Below are positions 1 through 9,428 of a stretch of 64,000 bases of DNA, one piece after another (position 1 is the first letter of the stretch; each line of letters begins with the position of its first letter). This DNA is from an uncultured Veillonellaceae bacterium. Lineage in GTDB: Bacteria > Bacillota > Negativicutes > JARBTT01. The notes beneath the pieces are model-generated. The model was not told where the DNA came from and did not search any database. It was given only the letters and a program-made list of their open reading frames with translations. The stretch lies in contig CAWDTA010000003.1 in the NCBI GenBank assembly GCA_963805085.1, positions 32,001-96,000 on the forward strand, read 5' to 3'. Made by a program: the position numbers and the translations under genes.

Positions 1-777
1 CTTAGCGATAAAAGAAATGAATTAAAAAAGAAAAAAGCTAAATATGAAACATATCTTACGATTGTCAATGATAAGCAAAATAATGACGGATCGTCGACAA
101 TAAAAGATATAGAAGTTCTCCGCAGACTGTTTTCTGATGATGTATCAATGGAAAAACATGTGGATGAAATCATTGCACTAACTTTACAAGGTGGCTATGA
201 TGGCATTGAAATCGATTATGAAAAAATATGGAAAGACGAAAGCATTGGTCAGTCTTTTTTGAAATTTGCTAATAAACTTTATGTGAAAGCACTGGATAAT
301 GATTTGAAATTAAGGATTTTGCTAGAGCCGAGTACGCCGTTTTCTTCTGCTCAATTTTTCGAAGGGCCAGAGTATGTAGTGATGCTTTATAACCTTTACG
401 GATTGCATAGCGACCTTGGGCCGAAAGCAAATAAGACCTTTATTTAGAAAACAATAACACGAATGGCAGGTTTGCCAGGTGAAAAATCAGTAGCATTTTC
501 GACCGGCGGCTCTTTATGGGGTGACAACGGAGAAAAGAGATTAATAACGGAAGTGGAAGCAAGAAATCTTGCCGTGAAATATCACGCTGAAACGCAGCGT
601 GATGAAGAAAGCCAATGCGTAATTTTTGATTATAAAGATCAAGGTGTTTCCTACCAAGTATGGTACGCTGATATAAAAACTTTAAATGATTGGATAACGA
701 TTGCCAAAGAGCAAGGGGTAAATAATATCAGCCTCTGGCGTTTTGGGGGAAATATGAATCTCAATAAAGTATTATAG
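1..777 (+). pseudogene. GH18 glycosyl hydrolase (spore-associated YaaH/YdhD-like), 5'-truncated by the window edge and interrupted by an in-frame TAG at 445-447
   Basis: Frame is open from base 1. It has the GH18-like motif YDGIEIDYE, then VMLYNL and the C-terminal VWYAD...ISLWRFG. ORFs 148-447 and 463-777 are in the same frame, separated only by TAG. Confidence 0.75.
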
Positions 778-824
778 AAACTGTGCCTGACAGTTATAAA
801 ATAATGAAAAATTTATAATAGAGC

Positions 825-864
825 AAAAAAATCCAGCTGAACTTAGAATTCAGCTGGATTTTTT
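825..864 (+). terminator. Rho-independent terminator
   Basis: aaaaaatccagctgaa-loop-ttcagctggatttttt hairpin after the GH18 stop. Confidence 0.85.
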
Positions 865-1011
865 ATGTTCTTTTTTATTTTGAGTTTAAAAAATGCAGGT
901 ACAAGAATGTATATAAGTGAGAGGGGATGATTCCGGTGGTGTAGGAGTGTGAGTTGCTAAAACAAAGTTAAAAGTGTTGTGAGAAACTAAAAAATGGAAG
1001 AGGTAAGAATA

Positions 1012-2724
1012 ATGGAAAATCGTGTGATTACTGTGCCGGAAGGCATCATAAACCCAAAAATAGGAGAAGTTTTAAAGTCTAAGATGACTAATACTGAAGT
1101 TGCTTTGATGAAAGCAAGAGAAGATGCTTTAAAAAATCTAGCGGATGCTGTGGAACCAGCACCACTCGTGAATACGGATTCTGAAAAAGACAATAATTTG
1201 GTAACGGTAGATTTCAGTGAAAAAGCAAATAGTGCTGGGTTAAAAGAAATTCCGATGTTTCCGGTAGTCGGTTTAATCGGAAACACTTCACAAAAAGTTC
1301 TAAGTACTACCGCTGCTCAATCGGCACCAAAGGCTAATGCAGGTGGAAAGAATGCTTTATTTGCTGCACAAATGACTGCTGTTCAGTCTGTGCCAAATGC
1401 GGATCCAAATGGAGCTTATACAATCAATTTTGAAACCTATTATAATGACTCTATTGCGGTAAAAGGTGATCAGCGCTGGTATAACTTCCAGATCACTGAA
1501 AAGAAAAAACTGACCGTCTACATGTCACCAGTCGTAGATACAACGGTTGATAATGACTTGTACTTATTCAAATTGAATACGACTACGTATCAATTAGAAG
1601 CTGTTAGTCAATCTAAAAATAATGCTGGCGTATATGAATTATTGAGTTATATTGCCGATCCTGGTATTTACTACGTTTGTGTTTCAGCATATGCAGGTAC
1701 TGCCGCCAATACATTTGGTTTATTGGCAAGGGTGACAGATAAATGGGATGCTTATGAAGCCGATGATAGCATGTCGACGGCTCAGCAACAAGTAACAGGC
1801 AAGATTATGAAACGTACATTAGATAATGCAATTGATGAGGATTGTACGGTTTGGGGAGTAAGTACTGCAGGAAACTACTACATTAAATTTTTCGGTGTAC
1901 CTGATAAGTGTAATTATCAATTACAGATCCTATCTTCGGATCAGAGACTGCTGACAACTATACCGAAAAATACCGAACAAATATTAGCCAATGTTGCACA
2001 AGGTGGCTATTTTATTAGGGTTTTAGCACCAGATGGAGTAGTAAATCCAACTGCCGAATATGGGCTTGTACTCGTAGACATTCCTGCAGCAATAACAGAT
2101 ATTCAAAATGGATATACGTTTTGGGTAACAGAAGATGGAACACACTTTATCGAACGTATGCAGCCTGAGAATAAAACTTCTGTATTATTTATAGATAGAC
2201 AGCAATTTGATATTTACACAAAATTGGATATCAAAACTGGACGACCTATCGGTAATGGTACACATAACTGTAGCGGCAGAGTAAGCAGTGACAGCTTTAT
2301 TGGTGGACTTGCAATGGGGCGTTATGCGGGGTCAAAAATACCTTCGGCGAGTAATGGTTTGAACAATGCGCTTGCAATTTGTGCAAATGGGTACTATAGT
2401 TCTTATCACTGCATCCGAACTTATAATCTAAGCGATCTTGCAGGTGCAGGCAATATTATTACAGGGACAGATCAATTTGGAATGATGTACTATCAGGGAA
2501 CTTGGAGACATATCGATGATACTCCTAAACCTTTAACATTCATTGTCAATTTGGATACAGGTGAAGTAGCAGACTTGCTTTACACGAATTGGTTCTATGG
2601 ATTTAATGATCTTAGTCTTTATGGAGCATATGGTTCAAAAGAAAGTCCGGATCTTATCATTAGCGGCAAATGCCTTTGGAACCAAGTGTTGGATTGTGAT
2701 GGAAACTGGATGTCTATAAGATAA
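1012..2724 (+). CDS. Hypothetical protein with two PPC-like (pre-peptidase C-terminal) beta-sandwich domains and an unknown C-terminal domain
   Basis: ORF 994-2724, likely start ATG 1012 after GAGG. It has DNDLYLFK...PGIYYVCVSAY and DAYEADDSMSTA motifs typical of PPC-type modules. No hydrophobic signal peptide is visible. Confidence 0.6.
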   Translation: MENRVITVPEGIINPKIGEVLKSKMTNTEVALMKAREDALKNLADAVEPAPLVNTDSEKDNNLVTVDFSEKANSAGLKEIPMFPVVGLIGNTSQKVLSTTAAQSAPKANAGGKNALFAAQMTAVQSVPNADPNGAYTINFETYYNDSIAVKGDQRWYNFQITEKKKLTVYMSPVVDTTVDNDLYLFKLNTTTYQLEAVSQSKNNAGVYELLSYIADPGIYYVCVSAYAGTAANTFGLLARVTDKWDAYEADDSMSTAQQQVTGKIMKRTLDNAIDEDCTVWGVSTAGNYYIKFFGVPDKCNYQLQILSSDQRLLTTIPKNTEQILANVAQGGYFIRVLAPDGVVNPTAEYGLVLVDIPAAITDIQNGYTFWVTEDGTHFIERMQPENKTSVLFIDRQQFDIYTKLDIKTGRPIGNGTHNCSGRVSSDSFIGGLAMGRYAGSKIPSASNGLNNALAICANGYYSSYHCIRTYNLSDLAGAGNIITGTDQFGMMYYQGTWRHIDDTPKPLTFIVNLDTGEVADLLYTNWFYGFNDLSLYGAYGSKESPDLIISGKCLWNQVLDCDGNWMSIR

Positions 2725-2732
2725 TAATCAAT

Positions 2733-2766
2733 AAAGACAGGTGATCAATTTTGATTACCTGTTTTT
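2733..2766 (+). terminator. Rho-independent terminator
   Basis: aagacaggtgatcaa-ttttgattacctgttttt hairpin plus U tract. Confidence 0.7.
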
Positions 2767-2789
2767 ATTGTAATAAATTGTAAAAAACA

Positions 2790-2818
2790 TTGTAAAACAA
2801 AATTTGGAAGAGTATAAT
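2790..2818 (+). promoter_or_regulatory. Sigma-A-type promoter of tandem paralog 1
   Basis: TTGTAA-17 nt-TATAAT upstream of the AAGGAGG RBS. Confidence 0.65.
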
Positions 2819-2859
2819 TGTAAATGTGATAATTATTTCCATATCAAGGAGGAATTGCA

Positions 2860-3858
2860 ATGCAAGGAGTGGCAAATCAGCGTACGATTCATGCACAGCA
2901 CAGTTATGATTATTCGGTTTCGCAAATAAAAAATCCGAAAAGTCATCAAGTTTTAGGCTGGCAGGTTGCTGTTACTGGACAAGGACAGGGCAGCAGTCAG
3001 ACAGGAGCTTCAGAGGAAAATCCTGCTTATATACTACAGATATCGAATAAAGATGAGAATGGTAATGACGTATTAAATCAGTTTTATAAAGACAATGGAA
3101 TTAACCCTGACAATGTAGATCAAACAAAATTAGAAGTTCATCAGGTAGATGAAGAGGCTAATAGAATTGCATGTAAACCGCTAGACGATGCTGAAGGAAA
3201 AGCTTTTTTAGGAGGCTATGTAGAAAATCAAATTAAAGCTATGTTAAATCCGTTTAGCAAGTATGCTGATGCTAAAGATAATTTTGAATACCAGACTCAT
3301 CAGCTTTGTATAGCTTTAAATGGTTATTCACAATTTTTCGGATCCGATACAAGTTATTATAAAGAATTGACAGATAAACTGGATACCATAGATCCTGATC
3401 ATCAGAATAGTGTTGTCAGCTATATCAAGGATTTAATTGGTATATCTGCCAGTGGGCAACGAATTGGGTATGACGACAAACAAATAAAGACAGCTGGGAA
3501 AGCATTTGATGACTGTTTTGGCGGACTTAGTCTAGCCGATGCCAAGAAAAAAGGAAATGAAACCAGCAAAGCATTTACTAAGGCATTAGGCGAGTCTTCC
3601 ATAGATAAATTTATGAGGATATGGTCAGAGTCAAAATCGACAAAAGAAATTATGAATGATCTTATTAAAGCATTTAATCTGTCCGATAAAGAAGATACAG
3701 CGAAAACGGCTACATCGACCTCAGCATCAGATGTAGGTCTGCTAGCCAACCAGCAAACCTCGAAAGCCACCGATGACGAAAGCAACGAGCAGATGGCGAC
3801 GTTAAGGAGACAATTGGATGAAACACCTGTAGGAAACGTCGTTGATGTAGAAATGTAG
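2860..3858 (+). CDS. Hypothetical protein, tandem paralog 1
   Basis: 332-aa ORF, AAGGAGG RBS, MQGVANQRTIH...VVDVEM. Confidence 0.9.
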   Translation: MQGVANQRTIHAQHSYDYSVSQIKNPKSHQVLGWQVAVTGQGQGSSQTGASEENPAYILQISNKDENGNDVLNQFYKDNGINPDNVDQTKLEVHQVDEEANRIACKPLDDAEGKAFLGGYVENQIKAMLNPFSKYADAKDNFEYQTHQLCIALNGYSQFFGSDTSYYKELTDKLDTIDPDHQNSVVSYIKDLIGISASGQRIGYDDKQIKTAGKAFDDCFGGLSLADAKKKGNETSKAFTKALGESSIDKFMRIWSESKSTKEIMNDLIKAFNLSDKEDTAKTATSTSASDVGLLANQQTSKATDDESNEQMATLRRQLDETPVGNVVDVEM

Positions 3859-3917
3859 TATTGCTATGTTTCTGCAGTATCAAAAGAATCCTAATTTTGA
3901 ATAAATAATGATAGGTG

Positions 3918-3950
3918 AAGAGTGATAGATGGTGTCTATTGCTCTTTTTT
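3918..3950 (+). terminator. Terminator after paralog 1
   Basis: aagagtgataga-loop-tctattgctctttttt. Confidence 0.7.
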
Positions 3951-4176
3951 ACTTAAATTCAATGCGTTGTTTTAGATATAGTAAAAATTGACATTTATTT
4001 TACATAAGAAATTTTTGTAAAATAATACTTATAAAATATGGAAAAAATTCGATATAACTAATATAGGATATATTAATATTTATGTAATATTATGGTTTGG
4101 TAGTGAATGAAAAATAAATTTTTTTATTGTATGCCACAACTGAATACAGAAATTTCCATATCAAGGAGGAATTACA

Positions 4177-5175
4177 ATGCAAGGAGTAGCAAATCAGCGG
4201 ACGATTCATGCACAGCACAGCTATGATTATTCGGTTACGCAAATAAAAAATCCGAAAAATCATCAAATTCTAGGTTGGCAGGTAGCTGTTACTGAACAAG
4301 GACAGGGCAGCAGTCAGACAGGAGCTTCACAGGAAATTCCCGCGTATATACTACAGATATCCAATAAAGATGAGAAGGGTAATGACGTATTAAATCAGTT
4401 TTATAAAGACAACGGAATTGATCCTGATAATGTAGATCAAACAAAATTAGAAGTTCATCAGGTAGATGAAGAGGCTGATAGAATTGCACGTAAACCATTC
4501 GATGATGCTTATTCACAAGCTTTTTTAGGCGGTGATATAGAAAATGCAATTCATGGGATGTTAAATCCGTTCAATGATTACCAAGAGGCTTGGCGTAATT
4601 TTGGTGGAGCTGCTCAGGAGCTTACATATGCTTTAAATCATTATGAACAAGCTTTTGGGACAGATAATAGCTATTACAAAGAATTGATAGAAAAGCTGGA
4701 TACCATTGACCCTGAACATAAGAATAGTGCTGTCCTTTATATCAAAGATATGATCAGTAGATCTGCTGGAGGAGAACATCTTGAATTTGATGTATTTGGT
4801 GCACAAATGAAGGACGCTGGACAAGCATTTGATGACTGTTTTGGTGGACTTAGTTTAGTCGATGCCAAGAAAAAAGGAAAAGAAATGGCTAAAGCATTTA
4901 CTAAGGCATTAGGAGAGTCCTCGGTAGAAAAATATTTTGGGATACTGTTAAAGTCAAAATCAATAAAAGAAATTACTGAAGATTTTATTAAAGAACTTAA
5001 TTTATCCAAAAAAGAAGATACACCCCAAAAGGCTGAATCTCAATCAGATATAGGTTTGGTAGCAAATCACAAAGCATCACAAGCTAACGATGGCGAAAGT
5101 AACGAGCAGATGGCGATGTTAAAGAGACAATTAGATAAAAAAACTGTTGGGAGAGTTGTTGATGTAGAAATGTAG
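4177..5175 (+). CDS. Hypothetical protein, tandem paralog 2
   Basis: 332-aa ORF paralogous to 2860-3858. Confidence 0.9.
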   Translation: MQGVANQRTIHAQHSYDYSVTQIKNPKNHQILGWQVAVTEQGQGSSQTGASQEIPAYILQISNKDEKGNDVLNQFYKDNGIDPDNVDQTKLEVHQVDEEADRIARKPFDDAYSQAFLGGDIENAIHGMLNPFNDYQEAWRNFGGAAQELTYALNHYEQAFGTDNSYYKELIEKLDTIDPEHKNSAVLYIKDMISRSAGGEHLEFDVFGAQMKDAGQAFDDCFGGLSLVDAKKKGKEMAKAFTKALGESSVEKYFGILLKSKSIKEITEDFIKELNLSKKEDTPQKAESQSDIGLVANHKASQANDGESNEQMAMLKRQLDKKTVGRVVDVEM

Positions 5176-5224
5176 AATTGCTATGCTTCTGCATTATCAA
5201 AAGAATATTAATTAATGATAGATG

Positions 5225-5257
5225 AAGAGTGATAGATAGTGTCTATTGCTCTTTTTT
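5225..5257 (+). terminator. Terminator after paralog 2
   Basis: Same hairpin as 3918-3950. Confidence 0.7.
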
Positions 5258-5484
5258 ACTTATATTCAATGCGTTGTTTTAAATATAGTAGAAATTAACA
5301 TTTATTTTACATAAGAAATTTTTGTAAAAATATACTTATAAAATATGGAAAAAATTCGATATAACTAATATAGGATATTTTTAATATTTATGACATATTA
5401 TGGTCTAGTATTGAATGAAACATAAACTTTTTTATTGTATGCCACAACTTAATACGGATATTTCCATATCAAGGAGGAATTACA

Positions 5485-6489
5485 ATGCAAGGAGTAGCAA
5501 ATCAGCGTACGATTCATGCACAGCGCAGCTATGATTATTCGGTTTCGCAAATAAAAAATCCCCAAAATCATCAAATTTTAGGCTGGCAGGTTGCTGTTAC
5601 GGACAAAGGCCAGGACAGCAACCAGACAGGAGCTTCACAGCAAAGTCCTGCGTATATACTACAGTTGTCGAATAAAGATGAGAATGGTAATGACGTATTA
5701 AATCAGTTTTATAAAGATAATGGAATTGATCCTGACAATGTAGATCAAACAAAATTTGAAGTTTTGGATGTAAATGATGAGGAATCTAAAATTGAACGTA
5801 AAGTGTTCGATGATGCAGGGTGTAAGAGTATGACTCAATACTGGATAGAGACCTCAATTAACAACATGCTAAATCCGTTTGATGGTCAAAAAAACGTGCA
5901 AGGAGCTAAAGAGGCGTTTGAATTTTCGGCGCAGTTTCTTAGCAAGAGGCTGAATGAGTTCTCAGAAGGCTTCGGATCCGATACAAGTTATTATAAAGAA
6001 TTGACGGATAAACTGGATGCCATAGATCCTGATCACAAGAATAGCGCTGTCAGCTACATCAAGGATTTAATTGGTATATCTGCCAGTGGAAAACGAATTG
6101 AGTATGACGATAAACAAGAGAAGGCCGCTGGACAGGCATTTGAGGAATGTTTTGCTGGACTTAGTCTAGCCGATGCAAAGAAAAAAGGGCGAGAAACCAG
6201 TAAAGCCTTTACTAAGGCTTTAGGGGAGTCCTCGGTAGATAAATTTATGAGGATATGGTCAGAGTCAAAATCGACAAAAGAAATTATGAAGGATCTTATT
6301 AAAGCGTTTAATCTATCCACAAAAGAAGAAGATACATCAAAAACATCAAAATCAACAGCAGATGTTGATCTCTTAGCAAACCAGCAAACAGCACAAGCCA
6401 CCAATGATGGAAGCAACGTGCAGATGGCAACGTTAAAGAGACAGTTAGATAAAAAACCTGTTGGAAGCGTTGTTGATGTAGAAATGTAG
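5485..6489 (+). CDS. Hypothetical protein, tandem paralog 3
   Basis: 334-aa ORF paralogous to the two upstream copies. Confidence 0.9.
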   Translation: MQGVANQRTIHAQRSYDYSVSQIKNPQNHQILGWQVAVTDKGQDSNQTGASQQSPAYILQLSNKDENGNDVLNQFYKDNGIDPDNVDQTKFEVLDVNDEESKIERKVFDDAGCKSMTQYWIETSINNMLNPFDGQKNVQGAKEAFEFSAQFLSKRLNEFSEGFGSDTSYYKELTDKLDAIDPDHKNSAVSYIKDLIGISASGKRIEYDDKQEKAAGQAFEECFAGLSLADAKKKGRETSKAFTKALGESSVDKFMRIWSESKSTKEIMKDLIKAFNLSTKEEDTSKTSKSTADVDLLANQQTAQATNDGSNVQMATLKRQLDKKPVGSVVDVEM

Positions 6490-6520
6490 TATTGGATGAG
6501 AGTGATTTATGCATATAATT

Positions 6521-6574
6521 TAAACAACTAAGAGCCACCTACTCAAACTAAAGTAGGTGGCTCTTAGTTGTTTA
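6521..6574. terminator. Bidirectional terminator
   Basis: Perfect 23-bp arms taaacaactaagagccacctact / agtaggtggctcttagttgttta between convergent genes. Confidence 0.85.
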
Positions 6575-6608
6575 TAATCTGTGATTTGGTTAGTTCTATA
6601 ATACTAAT

Positions 6609-7127
6609 TTATATGACGAGTTTTAGCTTGTGTAAAGCTCGATTTTTGGTTTGATTGATAGCTTGCCTTGTTACATTATTTATAAAAGAAATTTCTTTTA
6701 CGGAAAATCCATAAATATATATCATAGTTAAGATGTCTTTTTCTTTTGAATTTAAATGCATGAATAAATCGTGCATAAAAAACTCTTGCTCAGTATTATC
6801 ATGGTATGGAATTTGTAAAGTTTCTTGTAAGTCTACTTCCTTAAAAATTTTGGTTGCACTTTTTTTAGCAAGTTTAAAATATCTATGTTTAAGGCTTTTA
6901 GAAATATAAGCTAAAAGTATTTTATCATTCTTTAAATATTCTTTGTCTAAGCATAGTTTAGCGATAAGTTCAATTAAAAAAATTGTTAAATCCTGTAGAG
7001 TATCTTCTTGGTCTAGTCTTCGACTATAAGCATTCATTTGCTTTGAAAAAACTTGAATAATTGTATCCAGTGCAATAGCATCCTTCTTTTTTGCTTTCAA
7101 AATAAGTTGGTATAATTTTAATGGCAT
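6609..7127 (-). CDS. Alternative sigma-70-family factor, TcdR/BotR/UviA-like
   Basis: 172 aa, AT-rich. It has LILKAKKKD..AL, YSRRLDQEDTLQDLTIFLIEL, YISKSLKHRY and a region-4 HTH (LNSKEKDIL...GFSVKEIS...VTRQAINQTKNRALHKLK). Confidence 0.7.
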   Translation of the reverse strand: MPLKLYQLILKAKKKDAIALDTIIQVFSKQMNAYSRRLDQEDTLQDLTIFLIELIAKLCLDKEYLKNDKILLAYISKSLKHRYFKLAKKSATKIFKEVDLQETLQIPYHDNTEQEFFMHDLFMHLNSKEKDILTMIYIYGFSVKEISFINNVTRQAINQTKNRALHKLKLVI

Positions 7128-7454
7128 ATAAAAATCCCCTTTATTAGATAAAGAGATTTTTACATAAAAATTGTAAACTATGAAATGTAAAAAAAGATAT
7201 AAATTGACAAAATAATTATATAAATTAAAGAATGTATTTACAAATTGATATTTAAAATCTTATAAATAGATATGATGTTTATATAAAGTGCTTAATTATT
7301 ATTGTAAAAGATAAAGGATTATCTTTTGCAAGTGGAATATGAAAGTCAACTAATACAAAATGATGATTTGGATAGAGTAGTTGATAGTGTAAATGTTTAG
7401 CAGGCAGCTTTATTTATATATAGACAGACGGCGATGCTCTTCATTTATCGAATT

Positions 7455-7910
7455 TTAGTTGTTATCTTTTAAATATATAACTATACTAGTTTTACATTTC
7501 ACCATAAAAAACAAAATTCCTGCCAAAATAATACAATTATTGATAAAAATTCTTATTTGAATGATAAAATGGGCAAGGGGAGAGAGTGTAAATTTTTGAA
7601 GCACGGCACATCTTTGAATTTTGCATATATGTGGTTTATTGGTATAACCCCGATAGTGTCTTGTTGGTTGACTGTCAACATGAATGTTGACTAATAGGTT
7701 GGATTGATCTTGTTGATAAAGCCATTCAGCCAACACTTCATTTCTCATGGCGGTGATTTCGTTATAGGCGTAATCTAATGCGATGGAAAGAAACAAATTT
7801 CCGGTATCATCCGAATGCGTTAGCGTGTAATGCCTAAAGGTACTTGGCTTTTTCGGTGTGACTCCGGGGTGAAATTTAACATATAGTTTATTGGGATCTA
7901 ATCTATTCAT
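7455..7910 (-). pseudogene. Staygreen-family protein, C-terminal half probably degenerate
   Basis: N-terminal RHYTLTHSDDTGNLFLSI...RNEVLAEW matches the staygreen family; after about aa 80 the expected F..ELPLAL..I..GD part is absent. Confidence 0.6.
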
Positions 7911-8032
7911 CTGTATACCTCCACAGCTTAAGATGCTTTGTGTATTTTATGAATAAAAAGCATATTCATGACTAAAGATAGTTCAAAGGAATACTATCTA
8001 CAGAAAATAAAAGAAATGGGAAATGAAACATA

Positions 8033-8061
8033 TTGACAAGCATCCTCCGAAAGAGTATTCT
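8033..8061 (+). promoter_or_regulatory. Sigma-A promoter upstream of yidC
   Basis: TTGACA-17-TATTCT. Confidence 0.65.
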
Positions 8062-8096
8062 TTAGCTAGACTAAATTCAATATGTTTCGTAAGAAG

Positions 8097-8138
8097 AAAA
8101 GGCTTCTGAAGGATTTTTTTACTCAGAAGTCTTTTTTT
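8097..8138 (+). terminator. Leader terminator/attenuator upstream of yidC
   Basis: aaaaggcttctga...tcagaagtcttttttt lies between the promoter and the CDS. Confidence 0.6.
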
Positions 8139-8179
8139 GTATAAAAAGAATATGTGAACTATTTTAAAATATAAAGGAT

Positions 8180-8836
8180 GTGAAGTTTTTGTTCGATTAT
8201 TTTATTGGATTTATGCAATCGATGGTAACTTTTTTTTATGATATTACAGCTGATTTTGGATTCCCCAATTATGGCATAGCTATTATTTTATTCACTATCG
8301 CTATTAAGAGTTTATTGTTTCCTTTAACAGCGAAACAGATGAAATCAATGAAAGCGATGAAAGAAATCGGCCCTCAATTAAAAGCAGTACAAGATAAATA
8401 TAAAAATGATAAAACCGCCCAACAAAAAGCGGTTGCTGATTTATATAAAGAAACCGGTATCAATCCTTTGGCTGGGTGCTTGCCCCTCATTGTGCAAATG
8501 CCTATTCTGAGTGGAATGTTCTATGCTTTGAGAAGCTATAAATATTTGAGTCACCCTGGATTCCTCTGGATAAAAAATCTATCGGCCGTGGATCATTTTT
8601 ATATTTTACCAATATTGGCAGCATTGACTACCTATTTGTCATCGAAGCAAAGTAGTATGGCAGTTTCCGAGAATGCAAATCCCGCTGGTAAGATAGTAGT
8701 ATTTGTTATGCCGCTTTTTATCGGATATATGACCTTACATTTTCCCGCTGGACTAGGCTTGTATTGGGTTGTTAGTAATCTGATGCAAATAGTGCAACAA
8801 CGGTTACTACAAAGAAAAGAACTTGCAATCTCGTAG
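8180..8836 (+). CDS. yidC: YidC/Oxa1-family membrane protein insertase (short form, outside the rpmH-rnpA context)
   Basis: NYGIAIILFT, GINPLAGCLPLIVQMPI, FPAGLGLYWVVSN motifs. Confidence 0.92.
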   Translation: MKFLFDYFIGFMQSMVTFFYDITADFGFPNYGIAIILFTIAIKSLLFPLTAKQMKSMKAMKEIGPQLKAVQDKYKNDKTAQQKAVADLYKETGINPLAGCLPLIVQMPILSGMFYALRSYKYLSHPGFLWIKNLSAVDHFYILPILAALTTYLSSKQSSMAVSENANPAGKIVVFVMPLFIGYMTLHFPAGLGLYWVVSNLMQIVQQRLLQRKELAIS

Positions 8837-9053
8837 TATAAATTGTGTTTCCTAGCTTAGCTAAAGCGAGTTGCGGAATAAAGAATGTTAAAAAATTAGA
8901 GCCTAAAACCGTTTATTTAATGGTTTTAGGCTCTTTTAAAATTTGCGGTATTTATTTAGTGCTCTTTAAAAAAGTGGGAAGTGCTTTAGCATAAGCAAGA
9001 TGCTTCTTCGATTAATCTCAATGTTTATTCAGTAATATTTGCTTATAATCACG

Positions 9054-9428
9054 CTATTTTCCAAAGAAGAAACTACTAATAAGAATCAGAAAAACGATGG
9101 TTGATATGCCTACATATAACCAATCTTTTTCTGTAATAAAAACGATCGCCGAAACCCCGACCCGCATGATAGGTGTTAAAATGAGTAACACCAGCCCGAA
9201 CATAATTATGCCAAAAGGTTTAAATGCAAGGGCGCCAGCGACAATATCATCAAGCTTCGTTGGATAGGAATGTCCGATATATCCGCCCTCACCAGTTAGA
9301 AAAAAACGTACCATCCCCACTAGAATTACGGTTGCGCTGAGTAGCACACCAATACGTAAAGAATAACTTACAAATAGCTCCGCTTTATTAATTGCATGTT
9401 GAGAGGACTCACTTTGATGCTCTGCCAT
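9054..9428 (-). CDS. DUF1634-like membrane protein
   Basis: LRIGVLLS...GLVLLILTPIMRV; coupled to the upstream TSUP gene. Confidence 0.8.
   Translation of the reverse strand: MAEHQSESSQHAINKAELFVSYSLRIGVLLSATVILVGMVRFFLTGEGGYIGHSYPTKLDDIVAGALAFKPFGIIMFGLVLLILTPIMRVGVSAIVFITEKDWLYVGISTIVFLILISSFFFGK

Larger units (their letters stand above)
2835..6495 (+). repeat. Tandem triplication, unit of about 1.31 kb (starts 2835, 4152, 5460)
   Basis: Each unit starts atttccatatcaaggagga. Intergenic spacers 3859-4176 and 5176-5484 are highly similar, and the three CDSs are paralogous. Confidence 0.95.

Noticed and set aside
2835-6495. Diversity-generating retroelement or shufflon explaining the variable paralogs
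   Set aside because: No reverse transcriptase or invertase in the window, no adenine-specific pattern seen, all copies in the same orientation.
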